This document shows positions 18,919 through 28,983 of a DNA stretch of 64,000 nucleotides, piece after piece (position 1 is the stretch's first letter; every line of letters begins with the position of its first letter). Below the pieces are notes generated by a model that was not told where the DNA came from, did not search any database, and worked only from the letters and a program-made list of their open reading frames with translations. The position numbers and the translations under genes are program-made. Origin of the DNA: Candidatus Magasanikiibacteriota bacterium (GTDB lineage: Bacteria > Patescibacteriota > Patescibacteriia > Magasanikbacterales > GWA2-37-8); the NCBI GenBank assembly GCA_026396515.1, contig JAPLWQ010000003.1:163569-227568 (forward strand), given 5' to 3'.

Positions 18919-19056
18919 ATGTACGCATTTCGAACCAGGGATACCCTGGAGAAAGAGTGCATTTCGCTCATTTTTCTCGTTTTCATAATCAGTGCGAGTA
19001 TCGCCATTAGCGTGGTTGAAATAATCACCGGAAAAAATGACGAGTGCCATGAGTAG
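18919..19056 (+). CDS. Putative 45-aa single-TM peptide (MYAFRTRDTLEKECISLIFLVFIISASIAISVVEIITGKNDECHE)
   Basis: AGGAGG at 18907-18912, 6 nt before ATG 18919. Hydrophobic core of about 22 aa. Own promoter and terminator. Below the 60-aa ORF-track cutoff. Confidence 0.35.
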   Translation: MYAFRTRDTLEKECISLIFLVFIISASIAISVVEIITGKNDECHE

Positions 19057-19083
19057 GAGCGAGTAGGTGAAGACAGAAAACAA

Positions 19084-19116
19084 GCGGTTGCGCCGGTCAG
19101 CGCAGCCGTTTTTTAT
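19084..19116 (+). terminator. Rho-independent terminator (gcggttgcgc-cggtca-gcgcagccg then ttttttatttg)
   Basis: Direct reading. One mismatch in the stem. Confidence 0.6.
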
Positions 19117-19176
19117 TTGAATATGGAACAAAAATACAGTCTTGACTCCGCGTAATCGCTAAAGAACGATATGGGG

Positions 19177-19229
19177 TTGACACTGTGGATAGGTGTGGTA
19201 TATTATCACTCGAAGCATAAGAGTGATAA
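19177..19229 (+). promoter_or_regulatory. hrcA promoter (TTGACA ... TATATT/TATTAT) overlapping a CIRCE-like operator TTATCACTC-N9-GAGTGATAA (19203-19229)
   Basis: Perfect 9-bp inverted repeat with a 9-nt spacer. It differs from canonical CIRCE (TTAGCACTC-N9-GAGTGCTAA) at one position per arm. It lies directly before the hrcA start. Confidence 0.8.
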
Positions 19230-19230
19230 T

Positions 19231-19917
19231 ATGAATGAACGCCAAAAAAAGCTCCTGAATTTAGTGATTGAAAGCCATGTGGCCACGGCCGAACCGATTG
19301 GTTCCAGATTTTTAATATCCGAAGCGGGTGTTGATTGGAGCGAGGCGACGGTGCGAAACGATTTGCGCACTTTGGAAGAAGAAGGTTATTTGACTCATCC
19401 GCACACCAGCGCCGGCCGGATACCGACCGAAAAAGGCTACCGTTTTTATTTGAAAAATCTTGATTTAACCAAAGCCAAGATTTCAAAAAAAGACAACGAT
19501 GTCCTCGGCATGAGTTTAAAAGAAGCGACCGACCCGGAACTTCAATATAAAAATTTGGCCAGAACCCTGGCCGAGCTTTCCGGTGAAACGGTATTTTTTG
19601 CGCCTTCGCCGGAAAAAGTTTATTTTGCCGGCTTGTCCAATTTATTCGCCAAGCCGGAGTTCCACGCCTTGGAACTGATCGCCGATCTTTCGCAGATTCT
19701 CGATCATTGCGATCAATGTTTAAATCAGTTTTTTGAAGATGACGGACTTTACGCCATGCCCAAGTTTCTTTTGGGGAAAGAGCATGATTTCGGCAATATG
19801 CTGGCCGCGCTGGCGTTCAACCGCGACGAGGGCAGTCTGCTGGTGATGATCGGGCCGATGCGGATGGATTATTCCCGTAATTACGCGCTGATGAATCGCG
19901 TTAAAGAATTAATGTAA
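19231..19917 (+). CDS. hrcA: Heat-inducible transcription repressor HrcA
   Basis: N-terminal wHTH (RQxxLLxLVIExHVxTAEPIGSRxL). Operon position before grpE-dnaK-dnaJ. Start taken at ATG 19231 downstream of CIRCE. The ORF-track start at 19171 would include the promoter. Confidence 0.85.
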   Translation: MNERQKKLLNLVIESHVATAEPIGSRFLISEAGVDWSEATVRNDLRTLEEEGYLTHPHTSAGRIPTEKGYRFYLKNLDLTKAKISKKDNDVLGMSLKEATDPELQYKNLARTLAELSGETVFFAPSPEKVYFAGLSNLFAKPEFHALELIADLSQILDHCDQCLNQFFEDDGLYAMPKFLLGKEHDFGNMLAALAFNRDEGSLLVMIGPMRMDYSRNYALMNRVKELM

Positions 19918-19919
19918 TT

Positions 19920-20432
19920 ATGACAGACGATCAAAACAACATCGCTCCGGCGGCGGAGCCAAAAGAAGAAAAGAAATTTTTCGGCAAGCCGTGCAAGAAG
20001 TGCGCGGATTTAAAAAATGAATGTGAGCAGTATAAAACCGGCTGGCAGAGAGCGCTGGCTGATTATCAAAATCTTCAGAAAGAAATGTCCGCCCGCCGGG
20101 CCGAGTGGGCCGAGATGAGCGAACAGCAGATTTTGGAGGAGTTTATTCCGGTGTATGAACACCTGAAAATGGCTGTTCAGGGGACGGATGATAATAGTTC
20201 CTGGCTGGAAGGTGTGAAACACGTGTTAAAACAATTTGCCGATATATTAAAAAATCACGGTGTGGAAGAAATAAAAACCGTGGGTGAAAAATTTAATCCG
20301 GAATTGCACGAAGCCGTCGGCTATGAGCCGATGGAGGGCGTCGGCGAAGACGAGATCATCAAAGAAATTTCCAGCGGCTTTAAGATGGGTGAAAGAGTAA
20401 TAAGAGCGGCGAAGGTGATTGTGACGAAATAA
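19920..20432 (+). CDS. grpE: Nucleotide exchange factor GrpE
   Basis: Coiled-coil N-terminal half plus a conserved C-terminal beta domain. Operon context. Confidence 0.9.
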   Translation: MTDDQNNIAPAAEPKEEKKFFGKPCKKCADLKNECEQYKTGWQRALADYQNLQKEMSARRAEWAEMSEQQILEEFIPVYEHLKMAVQGTDDNSSWLEGVKHVLKQFADILKNHGVEEIKTVGEKFNPELHEAVGYEPMEGVGEDEIIKEISSGFKMGERVIRAAKVIVTK

Positions 20433-20468
20433 ATTTAAAATTAAAAAAATTCATAATTCAATACACAT

Positions 20469-22397
20469 ATGAGCAAAGTATTAGGAATCGATCTCGGCAC
20501 TACCAATTCGTGTATGGCCATCATCGAAGGCGGACAGCCCAAGGTGTTGGAAAATAAAGAGGGGGCGCGGACCACGCCGTCAATCGTGGCTATCTCCAAA
20601 TCCGGTGAACGTCTGGTCGGCCAATTGGCCAAACGACAGGCCGTCACCAACCCGGAAAACACGCTGTATTCCATCAAGCGCTTAATCGGCCGTCATTTTA
20701 ATGATGCCGAAGTTCAGCGCGATTTGAAATTGATGCCGTACAAAATCGTCCAAGCGGGTGAAGGCGTTAAAGTAGAAATGCAGGGTAAAGATTTTTCTCC
20801 GCAAGAGATTTCGGCCATGATACTCGGTAAAATGAAAGCAGATGCGGAAGAACGCCTGGGCGAGAAAATTACCGACGCCGTGATTACAGTGCCGGCATAT
20901 TTTGATGATTCACAGCGCAAGGCGACAAAAGACGCCGGAGAAATCGCCGGTTTAAATGTACTTCGCGTAATTAACGAACCGACCGCAGCCGCGCTGGCGT
21001 ATGGCTTCGACAAAAAAACAGAACAAAAAATTGCCGTTTACGACCTGGGCGGCGGCACTTTTGATATCTCTATTTTGGAAGTGGCACCGGATAATGTGCA
21101 GGTGCTTTCCACTAATGGTGACACTCATTTGGGCGGAGATGATTTTGATCAGGTGTTGATTCAATGGATTTTGGATGAATTCAAAAAGGACCAGGGGATT
21201 GATTTAAGCAAGGATAACTTAGCACTTCAGCGCATCAAAGAAGCGGCCGAAAAAGCAAAAATTGAACTTTCTACGGCGCAGGAATCGGAAATCAATCAGC
21301 CGTTTATCACTTCCGACTCATCCGGCCCGAAGCATTTGGTGATGAAATTGACCCGCGCAAAATTGGAAGAGCTGGTCGGTGATTTGGTTGAAAAAACTCT
21401 TGGCCCGGTACGCAACGCGTTGACTGACGCCAAGCTGGAAACAAAAGATATCAATGAAGTGGTGCTGGTCGGCGGCATGACTCGCATGCCTTTGGTTTTG
21501 TCCACCGTGGAAAAGTTCTTCGGCAAGAAGCCGAACATCACCGTCAATCCGGATGAAGTGGTGGCCATCGGCGCCGGCGTGCAGGGTGGTATTCTCAAAG
21601 GTGAAGTAAAAGATATTTTGCTTTTGGACGTAACTCCGCTGTCTCTTGGCTTGGAAACACTGGGTGGGGTGATGACCAAATTGATTGAACGCAACACCAC
21701 TATTCCGACTTCCAAGACGCAGGTGTTTTCCACCGCGGCCGACAATCAGCCGGGTGTAGAGATTCATGTGCTTCAAGGCGAGCGCCCGATGGTTGGCGAC
21801 AATAAAACCCTCGGTCGGTTTATGTTGGATGGCATTCCGCCGGCTCCGCGCGGCGTACCGCAGGTAGAAGTAACTTTTGACATTGATGCCAACGGCATTT
21901 TAAATGTTAAGGCGAAAGACAAAGCGACTAATAAAGAACAATCAATCCGCATCGAGGCATCTTCCGGTTTGTCTAAGGATGAGGTGGAGAAAATGAAAAA
22001 GGAAGCGGAAACGCACGCTACCGAGGATAAGAAAAAACAAGAATTGATTGAGTCGAGAAATATTGCCGATACGATGGTTTACACTACCGAAAAAATGATG
22101 AAAGATGTTGAGGAGAAGAAAATTAATATTACCGATGATGAAAAGAAAAATGTGGAAGAGGGTCTGAAGTGGGTGAAAGAAGTAAAGGATAAAGACGATG
22201 TAGAGGTTATGAAAAAGGCCTGTGAGGCGCTGTCGAAGTCGGCGCAAGCTGTTGGTGTGAAGATGTATTCCGCAGAACAAGATAAAAAAACAGATAATGG
22301 ATCGCCTACTGGCGGACAAAAAACAGAGGATGGAGAGCCGAAAGCGGATGAAAAACAGGGAGATGACAAGCCGATTGAAGGAGAAGTAGTTAAATAA
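20469..22397 (+). CDS. dnaK: Chaperone DnaK (Hsp70)
   Basis: [16 protein letters not shown] and other Hsp70 signatures. 642 aa. Confidence 0.97.
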   Translation: MSKVLGIDLGTTNSCMAIIEGGQPKVLENKEGARTTPSIVAISKSGERLVGQLAKRQAVTNPENTLYSIKRLIGRHFNDAEVQRDLKLMPYKIVQAGEGVKVEMQGKDFSPQEISAMILGKMKADAEERLGEKITDAVITVPAYFDDSQRKATKDAGEIAGLNVLRVINEPTAAALAYGFDKKTEQKIAVYDLGGGTFDISILEVAPDNVQVLSTNGDTHLGGDDFDQVLIQWILDEFKKDQGIDLSKDNLALQRIKEAAEKAKIELSTAQESEINQPFITSDSSGPKHLVMKLTRAKLEELVGDLVEKTLGPVRNALTDAKLETKDINEVVLVGGMTRMPLVLSTVEKFFGKKPNITVNPDEVVAIGAGVQGGILKGEVKDILLLDVTPLSLGLETLGGVMTKLIERNTTIPTSKTQVFSTAADNQPGVEIHVLQGERPMVGDNKTLGRFMLDGIPPAPRGVPQVEVTFDIDANGILNVKAKDKATNKEQSIRIEASSGLSKDEVEKMKKEAETHATEDKKKQELIESRNIADTMVYTTEKMMKDVEEKKINITDDEKKNVEEGLKWVKEVKDKDDVEVMKKACEALSKSAQAVGVKMYSAEQDKKTDNGSPTGGQKTEDGEPKADEKQGDDKPIEGEVVK

Positions 22398-22403
22398 TAT
22401 ATT

Positions 22404-23513
22404 GTGTCAAAGGACTACTATAAATTACTTGGCGTAGATAAATCCGCTACGCAAGACGAGATAAAAAAGGCCTTTAAAAAACTGGCTATGCAACATCATC
22501 CGGACCGTCCGGGTGGTGACGAAAAGAAGTTTAAGGAAATAAACGAGGCCTTTCAAGTTGTCGGTGATGCGGAGAAACGCGCCAAGTACGACCAATTTGG
22601 CGCTGATTTTGATCAGCAGGGTGGTTTTGGCGGCGCCAGCTGGGATGACTTTATGCGCGCGGCTCGCGGCAACAGTCAAGGTGGTTTTTCCGGTGGCAAT
22701 TTTGGCGGGGTTGATCTGGGCGACATCTTTGGAGATATTTTTGGTTTTTCTTCTTCAGGTGGATCGTTTAGCGGCGGGCGCGGACAGGGCCGAGGACGCG
22801 ACATACAAGTTGATGCAGAACTTGATTTTAAAGAAGCGGCATTTAGCACTGAAAAAGAAGTAACTTTGCGTAAACAATCGAAATGCGACGTCTGCCGCGG
22901 CAGCGGTTCAGAGCCCGGCAGTAAGATGGATACTTGTACCGCATGCCGCGGACAGGGCCAAGTTGTACAACAGCAAAGAACATTTTTGGGTGTAATACAA
23001 ACCGTCGCCACTTGTCCGGAGTGTCACGGCCGCGGCCAAAAGCCATCGGCAAAATGTAAGCATTGCGGCGGTGATGGAATTTTGTCAAAAACTTCGGATA
23101 TTAAAGTAAAAATTCCGGCCGGCATTGATGACGGCGAAGCGATCCGTTTATCCGGCCATGGCGAAGCGGCTCCGCACGGCGCACCTGCCGGCGATTTATA
23201 TGTGCGCGTGCACGTCAAACCGCAGAGAATTTTTCATCGCGAAAATTTTGATGTTTATACCGAATCGGAAATAAATTTTACACAGGCTGTTCTTGGCGAT
23301 AAAATTGATGTGCCGACCTTGGACGGCGAACTTACAGTGATCGTGCCTGAGGGCACTGAGTCCGGCCAGCTCATCCGTCTAAAAGGCCGCGGCGTTCCTC
23401 ATTTGGGACGGTCCGGCAGGGGAGACCACTATGTTCGTATAAAGATTAGAGTGCCGAAAAAAATAAATAAAAAAATAAGACAAGCATTGGAGGAATTAAA
23501 AAATGAGCTATAG
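22404..23513 (+). CDS. dnaJ: Chaperone DnaJ
   Basis: J-domain with HPD. Gly/Phe-rich region. Four CxxCxGxG zinc-finger repeats. GTG start. Confidence 0.95.
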   Translation: MSKDYYKLLGVDKSATQDEIKKAFKKLAMQHHPDRPGGDEKKFKEINEAFQVVGDAEKRAKYDQFGADFDQQGGFGGASWDDFMRAARGNSQGGFSGGNFGGVDLGDIFGDIFGFSSSGGSFSGGRGQGRGRDIQVDAELDFKEAAFSTEKEVTLRKQSKCDVCRGSGSEPGSKMDTCTACRGQGQVVQQQRTFLGVIQTVATCPECHGRGQKPSAKCKHCGGDGILSKTSDIKVKIPAGIDDGEAIRLSGHGEAAPHGAPAGDLYVRVHVKPQRIFHRENFDVYTESEINFTQAVLGDKIDVPTLDGELTVIVPEGTESGQLIRLKGRGVPHLGRSGRGDHYVRIKIRVPKKINKKIRQALEELKNEL

Positions 23514-23530
23514 CTCATTTTTTAATTCCT
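23491..23530. terminator. Perfect 40-bp palindrome acting as a bidirectional terminator. It contains the stop codons of both dnaJ (+) and rnhA (-).
   Basis: aggaattaaaaaatgagcta|tagctcattttttaattcct is its own reverse complement, with a T-run on each strand. Confidence 0.75.
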
Positions 23531-23944
23531 TATCCGTCTTGCCTCTTCGTCGAGAATTTTATTCAGTATCAAATCGGCTTCTTTATTATTCTCCCGCATG
23601 GTATGTCTGAAGGTCACCTTTTTTAATTGCATCGCGGCATTGTAGGCCTCAACAAATTTTTTTTGCAAAGTGGGTTCCTTCACCTTATATTCGCGCCGCA
23701 TTTGTTTAACCACCAGTTCGGAATCAAGTACACATTCAACTTCCGTCGCTCCAAGCTCCTTGGCCTTTTTTAGACCCGAAATCAACGCGGCGTATTCGGC
23801 GTAATTATTCGTCTGTTCGCCCAGATATTCACCAAATGTGGCCACGGTTTCACCGGTTTCATTTTTTACAATTACTCCGGTTGCCGCCGGTCCGGGATTG
23901 CCGCGTGCTCCGCCGTCGGAAAAAATTATTAGTTTCATAATCAA
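23522..23944 (-). CDS. rnhA: Ribonuclease HI
   Basis: DGGxRGNPGPAxxG...EYxAL...G and the D-E-D-D catalytic pattern. 140 aa. Confidence 0.85.
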   Translation of the reverse strand: MIMKLIIFSDGGARGNPGPAATGVIVKNETGETVATFGEYLGEQTNNYAEYAALISGLKKAKELGATEVECVLDSELVVKQMRREYKVKEPTLQKKFVEAYNAAMQLKKVTFRHTMRENNKEADLILNKILDEEARRIRN

Positions 23945-25294
23945 TTAATAGCTTAGTTTCCACAGTCCTTCTTTGTCGCCGATTTTTGCGGAAAAATAAA
24001 ATACTCTATTGTTTGTATTGGCGGCAGCCGAAATAATGCTTGCGCCTACCAAATCGTGCGTCACCAGGTAATACGGGTAGAGAGCCGTTGTTTTATCATC
24101 CCAGATTAATGCCAGAGTATTATATTGATCAAGCGGCAGCACCTCTTTGAGGCCTTCGCCCGAACGATTCAACAAGCTTGGTTCTCCACCTTTTGAGTAT
24201 GTCCATATTTCCCAGGGCGTCCAAAATAGCCACCAGTTATTGAATTTTGAAATTTTAAATTGTTCCCCGGAAAAAATAAATTTTTTATCTTTAGTCAGCA
24301 GAAGCATTTCAGGCTTTCCGTTCTTCTTCAGGAGTATTTGGTTGTCCGAGCATGCTAGGATTTTTAAATTCTGTTCAGTTGGAAGAAACATATTTTCATC
24401 AATAAAATCGGATTTGAAACCCAAAGTATCTTTTACCAGCCGAATTTGAGAGGTGCTGGCCGATTTTTGTATTGTCCAGAGTTGTCCGTTTTCCATTTGC
24501 CAGTCGAGCCAATTGGTTTTTCCCAATATAAATTTTTGTTCTGTTTCCGGCAAAATAGACATTAATCTTAGCTTAGTTCCAAAATACAGCTCCGGAGCAG
24601 CTGTTTCATTCCACATGTATTTATCTATCGGGTACTGTGTTATCGCCATTACATCAATTTTTTTGTCGGTTTTACCGGCATTCATTATTATCAAAGTATC
24701 GTATGGCGCTTCGGCATTACTGATCGCAATATAATTATTGGTTGGAGCCCAGACGAAAGCCATTTTTTTATCGCCGACAAATGTATGCATGATTTCTTCC
24801 GATTGATTATCCAGATTTCTGACGCGCAATTCTTCGCCATCAGAAGTTAGCTTGATGTAGGCGAGGAATGAACCGTCATATGAAATGGAGAGACTTCGTA
24901 TTGAGCCATCAGTTAAAAAATCAGGCTGATTTTTTTTCAATATTGAAATTTCCTTTATGTAGACGGTTTGTTTGTTTTTTACCTCAATCTCCTTGCGCCA
25001 ATCAAAATAACCAGGCGACGAAATCAATACGTTGTATTTTCCCGGTATACGGTCATTCAGGCGAACCGGCATCGTACTTTTAATTTTAATCCCGTTTAAA
25101 GTGACAACCGCATCTTTTGGTTCAATATCGATGTTTATCGCGCCAGTTTCGCGCAGTAATCCGCGTTTAAAGTCATACCTATAGCCGCTCGTATACATTA
25201 TAATGGCCGGTGAAATAATAAAAAATAGCGCTATAAAGATAACCATTATAGTTTTTCTAACCGGCTTTGAAATTCTACTTCCCGGGTATTCCAT
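23945..25294 (-). CDS. Membrane-anchored hypothetical protein (PEGA-like beta-sandwich plus a probable beta-propeller)
   Basis: N-terminal TM helix. A PEGA-like segment (PGKYNVLISSPGYFDWRKEIEV). Repeated Trp/Gly-containing blades. Co-directional and abutting rnhA. Confidence 0.45.
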   Translation of the reverse strand: MEYPGSRISKPVRKTIMVIFIALFFIISPAIIMYTSGYRYDFKRGLLRETGAINIDIEPKDAVVTLNGIKIKSTMPVRLNDRIPGKYNVLISSPGYFDWRKEIEVKNKQTVYIKEISILKKNQPDFLTDGSIRSLSISYDGSFLAYIKLTSDGEELRVRNLDNQSEEIMHTFVGDKKMAFVWAPTNNYIAISNAEAPYDTLIIMNAGKTDKKIDVMAITQYPIDKYMWNETAAPELYFGTKLRLMSILPETEQKFILGKTNWLDWQMENGQLWTIQKSASTSQIRLVKDTLGFKSDFIDENMFLPTEQNLKILACSDNQILLKKNGKPEMLLLTKDKKFIFSGEQFKISKFNNWWLFWTPWEIWTYSKGGEPSLLNRSGEGLKEVLPLDQYNTLALIWDDKTTALYPYYLVTHDLVGASIISAAANTNNRVFYFSAKIGDKEGLWKLSY

Positions 25295-25360
25295 GTGATA
25301 TTGATTAATGGCGGTGATTGGTGTAAGCTATAATATATTAAAAAACGCAGTCAGTAAAGT

Positions 25361-26668
25361 ATGTCATACTTGGTAATAAACGGAGGCAGGAAATTGAAAG
25401 GATCTATCGCAAACCAAACCGCCAAGAATTCGGCGGTAGCTATTCTTTGCGCCTGCGCTATGGTAAGAGGCAAGGTCAAATTGTTTGATGTGCCTGAAAT
25501 TGAAGAAGTGTACCGGATTATTGAGTTGCTTATCAGTATTGGCGTGAAGGTGGAGAAGCTGGGCCCGGGTAAATATATTCTTAATGCTTCTGGTAATCTT
25601 AATATGGAGCGCATCGATGCCGAAGCTTCCGAGAAGACGCGCTCGTCTCTTTTGCTTTTTGGCGCGCTGGCTGCAAGAGAGAAAAAATTCAGACTGTTTA
25701 AATCCGGCGGTTGTAAACTTGGCGAACGAACAGTGCGGCCGCATATTTACGCGCTGGAAAAATTTGGCGTAAAAATTTTTTCGCGGGAAAACTATTTTGA
25801 GATAGAAAACCGCCATCCGTTGTCAGCTGCGAAAGTGGTTATGTATGAATCCGGTGACACAGCCACTGAAAATGCGGTGATGGCGGCGGTTTTAGCCAGA
25901 GGAAAAACAATAATAAAGATGGCTTCGGCCAATTACATGGTGCAGGATTTATGCTATTTTCTGAATAAAGCTGGCGCGAAAATTAAAGGTATTGGTTCAA
26001 CGACTCTAGAAATTGAAGGAGTTAAAAGGTTGAGTTCGGTCGGCTACTATCCGATAATGCCTGACCCGATTGTCGGTATGACCTATATTGCCGCCGGGAT
26101 AGTTACCGGTTCGTCAATCGTGGTGGAGAATTGTCCGATTGATTTTCTGGAACTTGAGTTGGAGAAATTGCACAGAATGGGCCAGAAGTTTGAAATAAAA
26201 AATCTGCGAAAATCAAAGAATGGCAAATTTGAGGTTGCTGACTTGATGATTGTTCCGTCCAAGCTGAACGCCTTGCCGGATAAGATAGAGTGCCGGCCAT
26301 ATCCTGGTTTGAATATTGATAACCTACCTCTATTTGTACCGGTAGTAGCAAAAGCTAAAGGCCGCACGCTACTCCACGATTGGCCGTATGAAAACAGAGC
26401 GGTAAGTTACATGGAAATGCAAAAGCTCGGTTTGAAAATTACCCTGCTCGATCCGCATCGCGTCTGGGTGGAAGGGCCGACCGATTTTAAATCAAATGAA
26501 GCCATTTGTCCGCCTATTTTGCGCGTAGCCGTAGTCTTGCTTCTTGGCATGATGGCTGCTAAAGGAAAATCAATTTTGCGCAATACTTATATGATTGACC
26601 GAGGTTATGAAGATTTTTATGAGACATTAAATCGGGCTGGCGCTGATATAAAAATAATTAATGAGTAA
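25361..26668 (+). CDS. murA: UDP-N-acetylglucosamine 1-carboxyvinyltransferase
   Basis: EPSP-synthase fold. Conserved N-terminus (INGGxxLxGxIxxQxAKNSAVAIL) and an active-site Cys-region analogue. Confidence 0.9.
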   Translation: MSYLVINGGRKLKGSIANQTAKNSAVAILCACAMVRGKVKLFDVPEIEEVYRIIELLISIGVKVEKLGPGKYILNASGNLNMERIDAEASEKTRSSLLLFGALAAREKKFRLFKSGGCKLGERTVRPHIYALEKFGVKIFSRENYFEIENRHPLSAAKVVMYESGDTATENAVMAAVLARGKTIIKMASANYMVQDLCYFLNKAGAKIKGIGSTTLEIEGVKRLSSVGYYPIMPDPIVGMTYIAAGIVTGSSIVVENCPIDFLELELEKLHRMGQKFEIKNLRKSKNGKFEVADLMIVPSKLNALPDKIECRPYPGLNIDNLPLFVPVVAKAKGRTLLHDWPYENRAVSYMEMQKLGLKITLLDPHRVWVEGPTDFKSNEAICPPILRVAVVLLLGMMAAKGKSILRNTYMIDRGYEDFYETLNRAGADIKIINE

Positions 26669-26673
26669 TTTGT

Positions 26674-27972
26674 ATGCTTGAGCAAAACGCGACGCCGTCA
26701 AAGGCACGTTTTAGCAAATATGTCGGAATATATCTGGCGATTATTTTATTTGTATCCTCATTTGGGCTGGGTATTTTAGTGGGCCAATCAATAATCGTAA
26801 AAAAACAGATTGAAAATGAAAACGGCCAGGTGGAAATAAATAAAGTGATCAATTTTAACAGAACGATAAACCGTTCTGATAGTGTTGATTTCAGCCAGTT
26901 TTGGGACGTATGGGACAGAATAAAGCAAAAATACGTTAACAAAGATGTAAAGGATACGGATTTATTTTACGGAGCGATAGAGGGCTTGGTATATTCTCTT
27001 GGCGATCCTTATTCGGTATATATGATTCCGAAAATGGCCGATGAGTTTACGAAAGATTTATCAGGTGAATTCGAGGGTATCGGCGCGGAAATTGGCATCA
27101 AAAACGGCCAGCTTACGGTTGTTTCTCCGCTTGCGGAATCTCCCGCTCAGCGAGCCGGTTTGCGTCCAGGTGACAAAATAATGGCGATTAATAAGGAAAA
27201 CACTTTCGGCATGGACGTGAATATGGCTGTAAGCAAAATTCGCGGTCAGGCCGGCACCGAAGTTACGCTAACGATCACCCGCAACGGGGCAAGCAAGGCG
27301 GTTGACATAATAATCAAGCGCGAAAAAATTAACGTTCCATCGGTCACCTTTGAATGGAAAGGGGATAAGATAGCTTACGTGCGGATTTTGCAGTTTAATG
27401 AAGATACAGACGTGATCTTTGATCGGTACGCGGAAAAGATTGTCAAGGAAAAAGCCAAAGGCATAATATTGGATATGCGCAATAATCCCGGTGGATTTCT
27501 TGATGCCGCTGTAAATATGGCAAGTGAGTGGGTTGAGGATGGAATGATAGTTAGCGAAAAGTCAGAAACGGGATATTCCCGCGATCATGAAACAATCGGC
27601 GCTCATCGTCTGTCCGGCATTAAGACAACAGTTCTGGTTAATGGAGGGTCGGCTTCGGCTTCGGAGATAGTGGCCGGAGCTCTAAAAGATCACGGACAGG
27701 CGACAGTTGTCGGTGAAAAGACATTCGGCAAGGGGTCGGTTCAAGATTTTGAAACTTTTCCGGACGGTTCCGCCTTAAAACTCACGGTGGCCGAGTGGTA
27801 TACGCCTGCCGGAAAAAATATTAACAAAGAAGGCATTGTTCCGGATATTGAGATTAAACAAGATTGGGAAAAGGAGAAAGTCGGCGAGGATATAATGCTT
27901 GAACGGGCGATAAATATTATGGAGGGCAGGGAAGTGGCGCCGGTCAGCAACTCCACGACCAGTATAAAATAA
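26674..27972 (+). CDS. ctpA: Carboxy-terminal processing protease (S41 family) with a PDZ domain
   Basis: PDZ (GLRPGDKIMAIN). S41 catalytic region (DMRNNPGG...SASASE...K). N-terminal TM anchor. Confidence 0.85.
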   Translation: MLEQNATPSKARFSKYVGIYLAIILFVSSFGLGILVGQSIIVKKQIENENGQVEINKVINFNRTINRSDSVDFSQFWDVWDRIKQKYVNKDVKDTDLFYGAIEGLVYSLGDPYSVYMIPKMADEFTKDLSGEFEGIGAEIGIKNGQLTVVSPLAESPAQRAGLRPGDKIMAINKENTFGMDVNMAVSKIRGQAGTEVTLTITRNGASKAVDIIIKREKINVPSVTFEWKGDKIAYVRILQFNEDTDVIFDRYAEKIVKEKAKGIILDMRNNPGGFLDAAVNMASEWVEDGMIVSEKSETGYSRDHETIGAHRLSGIKTTVLVNGGSASASEIVAGALKDHGQATVVGEKTFGKGSVQDFETFPDGSALKLTVAEWYTPAGKNINKEGIVPDIEIKQDWEKEKVGEDIMLERAINIMEGREVAPVSNSTTSIK

Positions 27973-28008
27973 AAAAAATCCTCAGCCCAAGGCTGGGGAT
28001 TTTTTTTA
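27972..28008. terminator. Bidirectional rho-independent terminator between ctpA and era
   Basis: A8-atcctcagcc-caa-ggctggggat-T8. Confidence 0.8.
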
Positions 28009-28896
28009 TATTCTTTCTTCCCAGTGTTTATCCGTTTCAACTTCCAGTTCTATAAATACTTTTTTATTTAAAGCAGTTTCCAATTCTTTTCTTGCCGCAA
28101 TGCCAATTTCCTTTATTGCTCTGCCGTGGGCGCCGATAATCATTTTTTTATAACGCGCATCAAGCGTGTAAATTGTGGCCTTGATAACATAGAGATCGGG
28201 CTTTTCTTCTATATCCACTATTTCAACATGTGTGGTATAGGGCACTTCTTTGCGTAAGGCCTTAAAAATTTTTTCTCTTATCAATTCGGACACCCAGAAT
28301 TTTGGGTCGGTGTTTGTGAGCTGGTCCGGCGGATAGAGCGGTTCGCCAAAAGGCAAGAGCTCAAAAACTTTTTCGCGCAGCGGTTCCACGTGCCGGTTGT
28401 GGAGCGCCGACAATTCAAATACGGCAGAGTAATTCTCGCTGAGAGCCAGATAATCGTCGAGAAATTCTTTTTCCTGCCGCGGCAGGTCGGATTTATTTAT
28501 TACCAATATTTTTGGTACTTCAATTTTTCTGATTAGCGACATTATGTAGCGTTCTTCGGCCCCGACCGATTTGGTCGGGTCAACAACATAAATAACCAAG
28601 TCAATATCTTCCAGTGATTCGTGCACCCTTTTTCCCAGCTTGCCGGATAGAAAGTTTCTGCTTTCCTTGAACACACCCGGCGTGTCCACAAAAACGGCCT
28701 GGCCTTGCGGCCAGTTTAGCACACCGTGGATGATATTTCTGGTAGTTTGAGGTTTATCTGTAACAATGGCCAATTTCGTACCAATCAGTGTGTTTAGCAG
28801 TGTTGATTTGCCTACATTGGAGCGGCCGACAAGCGTAATCAAGCCGGATTTTAGAGCCGGATTTTCAGGATTGCTTGTTGTGTTTTCTGTGTCCAT
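28006..28896 (-). CDS. era: GTPase Era
   Basis: G1 GRSNVGKST, G3 DTPG, G4 NKSD. C-terminal KH domain. Confidence 0.9.
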   Translation of the reverse strand: MDTENTTSNPENPALKSGLITLVGRSNVGKSTLLNTLIGTKLAIVTDKPQTTRNIIHGVLNWPQGQAVFVDTPGVFKESRNFLSGKLGKRVHESLEDIDLVIYVVDPTKSVGAEERYIMSLIRKIEVPKILVINKSDLPRQEKEFLDDYLALSENYSAVFELSALHNRHVEPLREKVFELLPFGEPLYPPDQLTNTDPKFWVSELIREKIFKALRKEVPYTTHVEIVDIEEKPDLYVIKATIYTLDARYKKMIIGAHGRAIKEIGIAARKELETALNKKVFIELEVETDKHWEERI

Positions 28897-28983
28897 ATTT
28901 ATCCCTTGACAGGTTATTTTCCAACCGTTTAATTTTGTACTATAATATACCCGAAATTAAGATATCTTTCAAGGTGGTCAGCT

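Noticed and set aside
18780-19131. Minus-strand ORFs (82 aa and 136 aa) covering the SPFH 3' end and the intergenic region
   Set aside because: They run antisense through a terminator and a promoter and lack SDs. The plus-strand small TM-peptide unit, with its own promoter, SD and terminator, explains the region better.
19171-19230. ORF-track start for hrcA at 19171 (MGLTLWIGVVYYHSKHKSDNMNERQ...)
   Set aside because: This extension would translate the promoter and CIRCE operator. ATG 19231 (MNERQKKLL...) matches the conserved HrcA N-terminus.
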